A stretch of 64,000 nt of DNA. Origin: a virus. The DNA lies in the IMG/VR virus record IMGVR_UViG_3300046692_000130, positions 1 to 64,000 of that record; one strand, given 5' to 3'. Shown in pieces: positions 7,642 through 16,667 of the stretch. Numbering within the stretch: position 1 is the stretch's first letter; the number at the start of each line of letters is the position of its first letter. A program made the translations under genes and the position numbers. Under the pieces are notes generated by a model that saw nothing but the letters and a program-made list of their open reading frames with translations, had not been told where the DNA came from and did no database searches.

Positions 7642-7972
7642 TGGTTTCCTTCTCGAAGCTCTTCATGGCTTCGTACACCGTGGTCAGGGTTGCGGTGTCG
7701 GCTTGGAGCCAGTTGAAGTTGCGAATGGCGTGTGACATGTTCGTGCGCTGGTTCGCGAGAAGCTGCTTGTCCCAGATCTCTTGATCGAACGCTTGTGCAT
7801 ACGCTCTGTGCCAGATCCCGCTGCCGATCTGTCGACCATCTGGTGTGTACTTCACGCCACCGGCGGTGAATCGACCAGTGCGCGTGACATTTGTAACTGC
7901 TTGTTTGTAGTAAGGGCCAGCGATACGGCGCACGAGTACGACATCACCGACCTTTACGGTGAGATTGTTCAT
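7634..7972 (-). CDS. Hypothetical small beta-barrel-like protein
   Basis: VKVGDVV..VTNVT.TG pattern; AAGGA RBS. Confidence 0.65.
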   Translation of the reverse strand: MNNLTVKVGDVVLVRRIAGPYYKQAVTNVTRTGRFTAGGVKYTPDGRQIGSGIWHRAYAQAFDQEIWDKQLLANQRTNMSHAIRNFNWLQADTATLTTVYEAMKSFEKETNG

Positions 7973-8019
7973 GTATTTCCTTTGTATTTGTGGGGTATTA
8001 GGGCTGCTTTAGCGCGCTT

Positions 8020-8325
8020 TCAGTCGCAGAATATGTCGTAGAAGTCGCCTTTTACGGGCAACGGCCATAGCAGTACAACGGTGCCATCCTCCGGTACTTG
8101 CACGGTGGGAGCGTTGGGTACGTTCTCACCTGTCTGTTGTACGAGGCAGTGAGCGCCTTTCTTGAGGTTGGGCAGCTTGAAGAGATCTGTGTGGTTGCCG
8201 GTCGACTCGACTGACATACGAAACGTGACAGGATCCATCGTTGAATTCTGGGCGATCATTCCGATGCCACAGCCGATGAGTGGAAGCGCCAGCGCGCCGA
8301 GTAAAGTTGCTGTGATGTTCCTCAT
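8020..8325 (-). CDS. Exported or lipoprotein-like hypothetical protein
   Basis: MRNITATLLGALALPLIGC: signal peptide with lipobox-like LIGC. Confidence 0.6.
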   Translation of the reverse strand: MRNITATLLGALALPLIGCGIGMIAQNSTMDPVTFRMSVESTGNHTDLFKLPNLKKGAHCLVQQTGENVPNAPTVQVPEDGTVVLLWPLPVKGDFYDIFCD

Positions 8326-8876
8326 GCTGCCTCCAACAATTGGAAGTCGGTCATGCGATATGCAGCCTTCTCACGGAACAGGACGGCAGCGCCGGTGAAT
8401 GTTGCTCTGGTCAGAGTCCAGATTGACTGACGCATGTCTTCGACGTGAGCATCGGCCAACTCATAGCTCATACCCATCTCAGTTGCGCCTTCGAGCTTCG
8501 TTGCCGCTTCGGGAAAGTCACGACCGAAGACGTGGCCACCGACGACGATGAAGTTATCGATGATCTCGGCTGTTGTGATGACGCCGATCTTCTGACGAGC
8601 ATCATGACCGTCCCATCCCACCTTGTAATCGACGGCCATACCGATGAGTGAAGGTAGTGCTTGCTCCGCAGCGCGACGTGTGAGGATCACGCGGTGACCA
8701 CGCGCACCGTTGGGTGCTTTGTCGCTGGGTTTGTCCAAGACGGTGAGTACGCCATGGAACGATTGGCGGTTTGGGTGCGAAGAGGCTCTGAGCGTCAGCC
8801 TCTTGTCACGCTTCCTTCTACCTTTCTCAAGGTAGAGTCTGTTGGGGTTATTCGTATCTGCGTAAATCGCGATCAA
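8322..8876 (-). CDS. Prohead-protease-like protein (orphan, early region)
   Basis: GHDARQKIGVI and GMSYEL parallel the His and Ser motifs of HK97/herpes-fold maturation proteases. Confidence 0.55.
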   Translation of the reverse strand: MIAIYADTNNPNRLYLEKGRRKRDKRLTLRASSHPNRQSFHGVLTVLDKPSDKAPNGARGHRVILTRRAAEQALPSLIGMAVDYKVGWDGHDARQKIGVITTAEIIDNFIVVGGHVFGRDFPEAATKLEGATEMGMSYELADAHVEDMRQSIWTLTRATFTGAAVLFREKAAYRMTDFQLLEAA

Positions 8877-9337
8877 CTCTTCTTGATTCCTTTCTTTGAC
8901 GAGACGACGCCGTGCGCGTCCTGAACCTGATTGCAGATGAGGTCAGCCAGCTTGTTCTCTTCTCTCTTCACATGGGTGAGAGTCACGCTGCAGTGTGCCT
9001 CGATCATCGAGAGCAGATCGCGGGTCTCACGGAAGATGCTGAGAAGGTTTTCGTCCTTCACTGCCCACTCGAAGCCCAACTGCTTGACGGCCAGTTGAGA
9101 GTCACTGATGAATTGGATCGTCGTGGGCAGATCCGCGACCGGCAGGGTGAGGACGTGCTGGCAAGCCATAAGGAAGCCTCGGTACTCAGCCTGATTGTTA
9201 GTTGTGAATGGAATGAAGCCAGAGTGTTGCTCGACTTCGCCTGTCTCTTTGGTGATGACGAAGGCCCATGCACCGGCCCCGGGATTATCCCTACATCCAC
9301 CGTCTGTATTTATCAGCCAACCTTTTACTTGTTGCAA
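8873..9337 (-). CDS. rnhA: Ribonuclease HI family protein
   Basis: TDGGCRDNPG, TNNQAEY, SDSQL, REENKLAD motifs. Confidence 0.92.
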   Translation of the reverse strand: MQQVKGWLINTDGGCRDNPGAGAWAFVITKETGEVEQHSGFIPFTTNNQAEYRGFLMACQHVLTLPVADLPTTIQFISDSQLAVKQLGFEWAVKDENLLSIFRETRDLLSMIEAHCSVTLTHVKREENKLADLICNQVQDAHGVVSSKKGIKKS

Positions 9338-9550
9338 ACATCTACCTTTCTGTCTGGCAAGATCATGTTCTCAGACATCAGTGCAAAATGCAATAAAAAT
9401 AATGCTGGTTTAGACAAGTTTTTTATTGTTTGTCCCAACCCAAAACCTCTCCCATTCGTGAGCCTAAGAAATAAAAGAATTTAGGTGCTTGACTTTCACA
9501 ATGAATACTGTCAGAATTTTGCTGTATGTAATTCTTCAAGGAGAAACATC

Positions 9551-9928
9551 GTGGTACAGACAAAAAAGCTAAAGTCACCCGGCTTCGCAATGGCCATGCA
9601 AAAGAAGATGGCCGAATTGGGCCTGTCCATTAACGATGTCGCCTCTTCTGCAGGTCATGCGTACGATCACATTCGCAAGGTCTACAACGGCGACACATTC
9701 CCCGGCCCGTATCTACTGCCCTCACTGTGCAAGACGCTGAAGCTCGACGTAAACGACATGCGTAAGAAAGTCATGGCCGACAAGGCACTGGAGAAGGGTT
9801 GGGAATCAGCCATCTCTGGTAAGGACAAGCGGCTGCTTCTGTTGGAGCGCTACTGGGCTTCCTTGAAGGACTCCGACAAAGAAGAATTGATTGCGATTGC
9901 TCGAATGAAGGCCAACGCCTCAGCTTGA
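9551..9928 (+). CDS. XRE-family HTH regulator (candidate repressor)
   Basis: ELGLSINDVA..HIRKVYNGDTFP; AAGGAG RBS before GTG 9551; divergent from the early operon; TTGACT-N17-CAGAAT promoter. Confidence 0.75.
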   Translation: MVQTKKLKSPGFAMAMQKKMAELGLSINDVASSAGHAYDHIRKVYNGDTFPGPYLLPSLCKTLKLDVNDMRKKVMADKALEKGWESAISGKDKRLLLLERYWASLKDSDKEELIAIARMKANASA

Positions 9929-9946
9929 TAGATTCACGAAAATGAG

Positions 9947-10000
9947 AAATGGCCTCTTGAGGGCGTCCAGCTTGCACCGGGACATTCTCAAGAGGCCATT
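9947..10000. terminator. Long inverted repeat between convergent genes
   Basis: AATGGCCTCTTGAG...CTCAAGAGGCCATT. Confidence 0.65.
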
Positions 10001-10005
10001 CGAGT

Positions 10006-10527
10006 TTATGACTGTGTTGCTTCAGTGCTCTCTTCGGCGACAGTCTCCACGACTACAGCCTCAGCCACTACAGACTTGGCGGTCGTGCCGGTGGATCCGA
10101 ATCCATTCGTGCCACGCGCAGTCGCTTCGAAGCCCTCAACCACAGAGATGTCGTCAGTCGCCAACACAGGTGTCGGTACGATCTGCGCGAACTTCTGCCC
10201 AGCCTTCAAAAGCTTCGGATGCGGGTACCCGGCCTGAAGCGTCAGCATCACGACGACCTCACCACGATAGCCACTATCGACCACGCGACCGACAGTGGAC
10301 ACACCCTGCTCTGCCATGGAAGAGCGGTCGTTGACCTTGAAGCCCAGTGGGTTGCCATCCTTGTCAGTACCCTTGATGGCGATGCCAGTGCGAACCTTAT
10401 TCACGACATTCAAATACAGCGGAGTCTCCTCCAGCGCGAACAAGTCGTAGCCGAGATCTCCTTCCTTACCAAGCTCGGGCAGCTTCGCGCCCTCTTCTAA
10501 CAGCTTCACTTCTAACTTCAAAATCAT
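10006..10527 (-). CDS. dut: Trimeric dUTPase
   Basis: GYDL, RSS, VDSGYRGE, AQ, RGTNGFGSTG motifs. Confidence 0.95.
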   Translation of the reverse strand: MILKLEVKLLEEGAKLPELGKEGDLGYDLFALEETPLYLNVVNKVRTGIAIKGTDKDGNPLGFKVNDRSSMAEQGVSTVGRVVDSGYRGEVVVMLTLQAGYPHPKLLKAGQKFAQIVPTPVLATDDISVVEGFEATARGTNGFGSTGTTAKSVVAEAVVVETVAEESTEATQS

Positions 10528-10539
10528 TGCTCCTTTTGG

Positions 10540-11061
10540 TTATGCTGCGTTGATGTTCTTCCATGTTCGTCGCATGACGACGTTGTAAATGGAGGCTGTG
10601 GTAACGCCATACTCACGGGCTAAAGCATCTTGATTTACGCCTAGTGCGAAACGTCTGCGTATTTCGATGACGTCATCGGCGTTAAGCTTGGCCAGTCTGC
10701 TTCGCTGAATGTTTATCGCGGCAGTGACCGGTTCCAGATGATCGGGATTTACGCAGAGTGTGTTCTTGCATAGATGATCGAGTTGAAGCTTTTTTGAGAG
10801 CTTCTTCTTGTACTTCTTGTAGATCACGCGATGCGCTGGTTGCTTATCGATCATGCCGTAGACGCCGTTGGTGCCTAGCACCCAGACCCAACATCTGGTG
10901 ACAGGATCCTTGACGTACATCTCGGATTCTTTCTTGCGTGTGTTGTGTCCGTGAATGAACCTGACCGGCTTGCCTTTGACGCGTCCCGCAGATAGCTTGG
11001 TGTGTGTTGCGAGGGGTGTTGGACGACCGCACCCACACTCGCAAAGTTTTACTTGCTCCAA
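10540..11061 (-). CDS. HNH homing-type endonuclease
   Basis: CECGCG, AHRV, LDHLCKNTLCVNPDHL, C-terminal HTH. Confidence 0.9.
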   Translation of the reverse strand: MEQVKLCECGCGRPTPLATHTKLSAGRVKGKPVRFIHGHNTRKKESEMYVKDPVTRCWVWVLGTNGVYGMIDKQPAHRVIYKKYKKKLSKKLQLDHLCKNTLCVNPDHLEPVTAAINIQRSRLAKLNADDVIEIRRRFALGVNQDALAREYGVTTASIYNVVMRRTWKNINAA

Positions 11062-13493
11062 TACTTAGAAATTGCTCCTTCCGATTCCATGGGGATAACA
11101 GTGACGAACTCGCCACCGCCGCGAATGATTGCGTCAGACACTTCGTCAGAAACCGCTTCACTGTGCTCTTCGGGACTCTCCGTCAATAATTCGTCGTAAA
11201 TGAATGAGAGCAACGAAGCACCGTACTTCGGCTCCAGAGTGTGCCAGAGATAAGGCTTGCCATTCGGGTCAAAGCCAGCCCCCATCGCAAGCTTCATCAT
11301 GTCGGCACCGGTTCCTTGGATCGCCATGTTGCCACCCTCACGCTTCACTGCAGCAATGAGTGAGTGGTACATCTGCATAGCCTTCTGCTGTGTGTAGTTC
11401 TTCTTGTGCTTGTTCATCGCAGCGGTCTTTGCTTGCTCATACGTGACCTGAGTGATCAAGCGCCGACGCCCAGAGAGCGTACGTGCCTCTCCGTTGTCGT
11501 ATGCATCATCGCGCAACATCTTCAACGTCTTCGAAGTCTGCGCGAACGTGCGGTGCCAGTTGTCGAGGAGTGCCTGAGCTTCTTCCTTCGAGATCTTCAA
11601 TTCGAGTGAAGTCGAGTAGGCTTGCTTATCATACGCAACACCGAAGTTGATGTTCTTCATCTTGTCGCGCTCTTTGCCGTGAGCAGGACACTTGCACTTC
11701 TGGTGATCGAGTGAGTAGTAGGCGCATGGCGGCAGAGTCTTCTGCTGGCCGTCGATAGTGACTGTGGTCGCTACCATCAGCGCAGCTTCGCGCCATGCCT
11801 TCTCGTTCAGCATCTCCGCTGAGATTGAGTGGACGTCCTGCCTCTTGTTGAAGGCCGCGATCCATGCTGGCTCTCGCGAGTACTGGACGAGGATCCGAAG
11901 CTCCTGACCAGAGCAGTCCTTGTCGACCATGTCGTAACCGGGCCGGGACTCGAAGCACATGCGATAGCGCTTGTCCTTTGGAAGATTCAGGATGTTGGGA
12001 TTGGTGGCAGACGGACGGCCAGTGTCAGTGCCAAGCTGGAGGAAGCGCGCATGTATGCGTCCTGTCTCTGGCGTGACAAAGCCGAACTTCTTCTTCTTGC
12101 CCTCGCCGACCTTCACATTGTTCGGTGAGATCCAGCGCAGACCGTACGTACCGATTGCCTTGTCGAGCGAACGCATCGTGCGTATGGCGTCGATGACAGG
12201 CTTCTCAGCATGCTTGTCGAGCATCTTGTCGTTCGTGCTCTTCAGGTTGGTCTTGTTCAGTCCGAACGGGCCTTTGTGAATTGCATCAAGCAACTGTGAC
12301 GGTGAGGCGTAGTTGATCGCAGCCTTACCACGCATGGTCGCGAGTTCTTCCATCGACCCCTTGTTGGCCTTCCTCGCTTCACGCTTCCACTCCTCGCTAA
12401 CGCGCTTCAACTGCACGTCACGCTCGGCCTGTGCAGACTTGCGCTCTTCTACCAACTGGGCGCGCCGTGCCTTCAACTCATTGACGCGGTCGATGGTTGC
12501 TTTCTTGGTACCCAACGACCGGATCTCGGCAGCGATGCTTTCGTATTCCTCGCCGTGCTCGACCTTCAGCGACAGAGCTTCCTTCTGCGCCTTGAGCCTT
12601 TCAATCAGGGCGTGGTCAGGTGGCTGCTTGAAGCCAACAATGGGCAGGAAGAACGAATCGAGACGGTCGATAGTCTCGTCCAGTTCCTTCTGGTTTGTGT
12701 CCATCAACGCCTTCCACTTTTCAGGGTTGACGTAGAGACCGTTGAGGTACATGTCACCGAAGGCAGGGATGGCGTCGTGCTCGATCTTGAACACACGCTC
12801 AAGACCGCACTCTTTCGCGACGTCGATCTGCTTCTTCTGGATTGCGTACGGCAAACGACAGTCCAGCGCGCAATACGTGATCTGCTCATCTGTCAGTGGC
12901 GTCTCCAGATCGAAGCTGGTCTGCAGCGCCTTGTCGATGCTGCGCTTGTAGTACCGGCGCATCAGGTCGCCCATGCCATAGAAGCCCTTCTGCATGGCTG
13001 GTACCTGACCGTTGTAGATCAGGCGTTCAGAGATCTGGGTGCAGTACAGATTCCAGATCCGCATGCCGAGGCACCACTTGGAGACGACGTATTCGAACTC
13101 CAGATTGTGGCCCAGCTTGTAGTGCGAGTTGGATTGCAGTGAAGGCCCGACCACGTTGATCACTGGATCGAGCATGGCAAGGAATTTGTCTGAAACGGCA
13201 GGACTGCGTCTGTATAGTCCTTGTGCCGCGATCAAGTTCTCTTTGGTCTCACAGAACGCCAGCAGATCGATGACGTACTGCTCGTCCTTGTTGCCAAGCT
13301 GCAGGGTACGGGCGCGCCGGTGGTAGAAACCTTCCACCATGTTTGTTTCGTAGTCAAAGGCGTAGTCGGTTACGCGGGTGAGAAAACGGCCAACCTTGTC
13401 CAGACCAGCGCCGTCCACTACCAGCGTTGGGTTGAGTTTTGGATTGAGGGTTGAAAGATCAAGAGGGGGTACTACGGGGTACTGGATCGTCAT
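11049..13493 (-). CDS. polA: DNA polymerase family A with 3'-5' exonuclease
   Basis: FDYET, HNLEFE, YCALD (exo); TDTGRPS..PN..NLP, DCSGQELR, KNINFG..Y, IQGTGAD, YDEL. Confidence 0.93.
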   Translation of the reverse strand: MTIQYPVVPPLDLSTLNPKLNPTLVVDGAGLDKVGRFLTRVTDYAFDYETNMVEGFYHRRARTLQLGNKDEQYVIDLLAFCETKENLIAAQGLYRRSPAVSDKFLAMLDPVINVVGPSLQSNSHYKLGHNLEFEYVVSKWCLGMRIWNLYCTQISERLIYNGQVPAMQKGFYGMGDLMRRYYKRSIDKALQTSFDLETPLTDEQITYCALDCRLPYAIQKKQIDVAKECGLERVFKIEHDAIPAFGDMYLNGLYVNPEKWKALMDTNQKELDETIDRLDSFFLPIVGFKQPPDHALIERLKAQKEALSLKVEHGEEYESIAAEIRSLGTKKATIDRVNELKARRAQLVEERKSAQAERDVQLKRVSEEWKREARKANKGSMEELATMRGKAAINYASPSQLLDAIHKGPFGLNKTNLKSTNDKMLDKHAEKPVIDAIRTMRSLDKAIGTYGLRWISPNNVKVGEGKKKKFGFVTPETGRIHARFLQLGTDTGRPSATNPNILNLPKDKRYRMCFESRPGYDMVDKDCSGQELRILVQYSREPAWIAAFNKRQDVHSISAEMLNEKAWREAALMVATTVTIDGQQKTLPPCAYYSLDHQKCKCPAHGKERDKMKNINFGVAYDKQAYSTSLELKISKEEAQALLDNWHRTFAQTSKTLKMLRDDAYDNGEARTLSGRRRLITQVTYEQAKTAAMNKHKKNYTQQKAMQMYHSLIAAVKREGGNMAIQGTGADMMKLAMGAGFDPNGKPYLWHTLEPKYGASLLSFIYDELLTESPEEHSEAVSDEVSDAIIRGGGEFVTVIPMESEGAISKYWSK

Positions 13494-13504
13494 GCTCTGG
13501 AAAC

Positions 13505-13548
13505 ATCATAAGACAGACTCATGCCGAATGCAACAGTTTTTATGCTGG
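13505..13548 (-). promoter_or_regulatory. Promoter TTGCAT-N17-TATGAT with upstream CCAGCATAAAAACTG element
   Basis: Element shared with four other promoters. Confidence 0.75.
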
Positions 13549-13642
13549 TCGATTAATTCATCAAAATGTGACTCTAAGTTCTTGAAAGCATTAGGCTTCT
13601 AAGGTAAAATCAGACTATAGTCAAAGCGAGGCAGCTACTTTC

Positions 13643-13772
13643 TGTGGAAAAAACTGTGGACGCCGAAAATCGATATTTATTTGCACCCTCTAACCTATTG
13701 AGGTACAGTCAGTTACGAGCCAGGATTTTCCACAGGGCTTGCAGAATGGAAATTCATGTGATACACTAAAGT
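13643..13772 (+). promoter_or_regulatory. Regulatory element copy 1: DnaA-box-like TTTTCCACA plus TTGCAG-N17-TACACT
   Basis: Diverged ~120-bp duplicate at 15149-15268. Confidence 0.55.
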
Positions 13773-14034
13773 AGTTGCCGGGTTGCACGTATATCTATAT
13801 GTGATCTGTACGACTTGTACGACGTACTAGCACTCTCCCCCAGCACTGTTACTCCCTATCGGTACACGTCTATTGGATGGACGATTGTATTTCACCCAGC
13901 ATTCAATCCAAGGTATTAGATCAATTGTTTTGCGAGTAGGGTTGTTGATTGTTTGTGCCGATACCCTTTTAGGGGGATTAGGCAATTGACCCCACTAGCA
14001 TTACAACGAATTTGTCTGACTTGAGGACTTTGGT

Positions 14035-14409
14035 TTGCAAGAAAAGGATTACAACTATCTGGGCGTATGGCTCAGAGCCAAGCTTGCGGCTCGTCAAGTG
14101 TCTATCAGCAAGTTCGTCCTGCTGATGAAATATGCAATGACGAATGCCACTGTCTTTCGATGGTTGAATGACACCTATCGACCCGAGGCAGAACACATGA
14201 AGCTCGTGTGTCAGACTCTTAGCGAGTTGCCGGTCAGGCTACCTGATGGCACCGAATACTTTGAGGACGTTCCATGGTCTGAGGGATTGGCGCAATATAC
14301 GCCCCGGCCAAAGGGATGGATTGTGCTCAAGGATCGGCAAGTGAAAGCAGCCAAGAAGAAGAGCACAGGCAAGCCGGTGAGGCGCGCCACCAATACGAAA
14401 AGGAAGTAA
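14035..14409 (+). CDS. HTH (XRE-like) DNA-binding protein
   Basis: TNATVFRWLNDTYRP recognition-helix pattern; GAGG RBS; basic tail. Confidence 0.65.
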   Translation: MQEKDYNYLGVWLRAKLAARQVSISKFVLLMKYAMTNATVFRWLNDTYRPEAEHMKLVCQTLSELPVRLPDGTEYFEDVPWSEGLAQYTPRPKGWIVLKDRQVKAAKKKSTGKPVRRATNTKRK

Positions 14410-14636
14410 CCGCTAGACACCTTTATAGCCCGTCTTCGAGAAACCCTTGTGGGGAGATCTCTGGACGGGCTACGGCACATACCTTAGGAGAGAATTACTT
14501 CAGGGGTAAATCAGCTAAACATGATCAGTGCGTAAGACAGTGAGTCGATGACGAGCGGAAGGCAAAGGGCAGAGACTGCACCAACGGTGTAGGCCCGAAC
14601 CTGCTTAGACGCTATTGCTCCTCTGGCGGTCGTTGC

Positions 14637-14885
14637 ATGGGTATCCTGTACTTCTTGAGGCAAATGAAGTGCAAGACATCCACCGGCCAATGGCTCACTG
14701 ACTGGGCCAGTCCAAGCACCCCACGACTCTACGACTGTGTCATCTGTGTCAGTGACGGCATACGGCCCCTTCAGTTTTTGAGGCTCCACGCCGAGGACGG
14801 TTCTAATTACATGGTTTGCTGCAACACGAATACTCTCGATTGGCGCACCCACAACACAGGGGCAGAAACAATCAGGGCAGATTGA
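14637..14885 (+). CDS. Small hypothetical protein
   Basis: ORF only; start uncertain. Confidence 0.4.
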   Translation: MGILYFLRQMKCKTSTGQWLTDWASPSTPRLYDCVICVSDGIRPLQFLRLHAEDGSNYMVCCNTNTLDWRTHNTGAETIRAD

Positions 14886-15148
14886 AGTACCGCAACAGGA
14901 AGTGAGATTTACTGCTATCGCAATGTGAAGCTTACGGCACACCCCGCAGTGCTGAAAATGGAAGGGTTGGTTATCAGGACTGCCGATTGGCAATTGTTCT
15001 TGTTCTAGCGACACTGGGTGCATGGAAACCGGAACTGCCTCCTCTTAGGCCGACAAATTACTGCTCTGTTGCTCGTCGACATGACTAACGATACAGTACG
15101 ATCTCAGACGATACAAGAAGAAATTACCCAGTGTTCATTTTAGCCCAA

Positions 15149-15268
15149 AAACAGTGAACGCCGAAAATGTCGATTTATTTTGTCTCGTAAGTATCTTATT
15201 ATTCAGCATGTTACAGACCTTGACTTTTTCCACATCTTGTAATATGAGAATTCCGTGATATACTATGT
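15149..15268 (+). promoter_or_regulatory. Regulatory element copy 2, probable tRNA/late operon promoter
   Basis: ACGCCGAAAAT..ATTTATTT..GTTAC..TTTTCCACA..GTGATATACT aligns with 13651-13772. Confidence 0.55.
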
Positions 15269-15425
15269 ATATAAGCTTGAGTAAGGGAAGTTTTCTATCT
15301 GTATCGGTAAAAACTTCCAACACGGGGTAACTCGCGAAACCCCTTATAAATCCTGTACTAAATGATTACTAACGGCTTCACAGTAATCATCTTTCAGTCA
15401 GTGATTCGCACACATATACAACTAT

Positions 15426-15502
15426 TGGGTGATAGCACAAGTTGGTAGTGCATTCCGCTGTTAACGGAACGGTTGTAGGTTCGAACCCTACTCGCCCAGC
15501 CA
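15426..15502 (+). tRNA. tRNA-Asn(GTT)
   Basis: Acceptor TGGGTGA/TCGCCCA, anticodon arm TTCCG-CTGTTAA-CGGAA, GTTCGAA T-loop, encoded CCA. Confidence 0.93.
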
Positions 15503-15565
15503 CATAAAGCCGCGTATACCAAGGCGGCTGGGGCCAACCCTAGTGGTGGCCCCCTTAGCATTCAC

Positions 15566-15639
15566 AGGTCGGTAAGCTAACGGCAAACTGTCTGGCTCCA
15601 AACCAGAACTTGCGGGTTCAAATCCTGCTCGACCTGCCA
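15566..15639 (+). tRNA. tRNA-Trp(CCA)
   Basis: Acceptor AGGTCGG/TCGACCT, anticodon arm TCTGG-CTCCAAA-CCAGA, GTTCAAA T-loop, encoded CCA. Confidence 0.93.
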
Positions 15640-15708
15640 AACATCAACAACAGACCCGCCACGCCTCTCACGGAAGCGCAACTGGCGGGTTTTCTATTTG
15701 GAGCAAAC

Positions 15709-16089
15709 TTGCCATCTCGAAGTCAACGACCATGCTCGGTTCCCGGGTGTACGAACCTGTGCGCGAACAGATGGTGCGAGATCCACGAGAAGGACAAGAC
15801 GGTCACACGGAAGTACGACCTCTACAGGGGCAGCAGCACTGAGAGAGGCTACGGCGGCGAGTGGCGCAAGGTTCGCCTTCAGATCCTGAAGCGCGACAAC
15901 TTCCTCTGCGTTGCCTGTCTGGCCACTGGCCGACCGACCACGGCAACTGACGTCGATCACATCGTGCCTATGGCGCGTGGCGGTGCTCGACTGGATCCTA
16001 ACAACCTGCAGTCACTTTGCAGTGTGTGCCACAAACGCAAGACCTATGAGCACGATGGGGCATTTGGCAACGACGTAAGCGAGATCTAA
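15709..16089 (+). CDS. Terminase-associated HNH endonuclease (HK97 gp74-like)
   Basis: Start reassigned to TTG 15709 (GGAG RBS); RPC..PGC, RGY..W, VDHIVP..GG..NLQSLC..CH..KT. Confidence 0.9.
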   Translation: MPSRSQRPCSVPGCTNLCANRWCEIHEKDKTVTRKYDLYRGSSTERGYGGEWRKVRLQILKRDNFLCVACLATGRPTTATDVDHIVPMARGGARLDPNNLQSLCSVCHKRKTYEHDGAFGNDVSEI

Positions 16090-16103
16090 GGAGCAGAGAC
16101 ACG

Positions 16104-16667
16104 ATGACGTGCATAGTAGGTCTCGTCGATAAAGACGGTGTTGTGCTTGGAGGAGATTCAGCGGGTGTCGATGAGTCGTTCGCTATAGAGTCGCGCACAG
16201 ACCCAAAAGTCTTCACGCGTGGCCCATTTGTCATTGGCTTCGCTGGCAGCTTCCGCATTGGGCAATTGCTGCGCTACAAGCTCACGACGCCTCAACATCA
16301 GATCAAGCTCGAAGATCACGAGTACATGGCGACACGTTTCGTGGACGCGGTACGAAAGTGCCTGAAGGACAACGGCGCGGTGAGTGATGACTTCAAGGCA
16401 GAGACCGGCGGTACCTTCTTGGTCGTCTATCGCAACAAGCTGTACTCGATTCAAGAAGACTACCAAGTCGCTTGTGTGCAGGATTCGTTCGACGCAATCG
16501 GGTGTGGATCTGACATCGCGAAGGGCGCACTTTACGTGCTCCCGAAAGACATGACGACTGAAGATCGAGCGCTGAAGGCACTACAGGCTGCTGAACGATT
16601 CAGCGCCGGTGTGCGCGGCCCGTTCCATCTCGTCCGAAGTAAAAAACAACGAAAGAAAGTGAAGTAA
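16104..16667 (+). CDS. HslV/proteasome-beta-like Ntn-hydrolase peptidase
   Basis: M-TCIVG N-terminal Thr, GGDS, PKVF, GFAGS, AIGCGS. Confidence 0.8.
   Translation: MTCIVGLVDKDGVVLGGDSAGVDESFAIESRTDPKVFTRGPFVIGFAGSFRIGQLLRYKLTTPQHQIKLEDHEYMATRFVDAVRKCLKDNGAVSDDFKAETGGTFLVVYRNKLYSIQEDYQVACVQDSFDAIGCGSDIAKGALYVLPKDMTTEDRALKALQAAERFSAGVRGPFHLVRSKKQRKKVK

Noticed and set aside
11049-13493. Intein or intron in polA (also checked nrdA, recA, terL)
   Set aside because: No Cys1/His-Asn splice motifs or reading-frame breaks seen
15610-15708. N-terminal extension of the HNH ORF
   Set aside because: Overlaps tRNA-Trp and a hairpin; better start at TTG 15709
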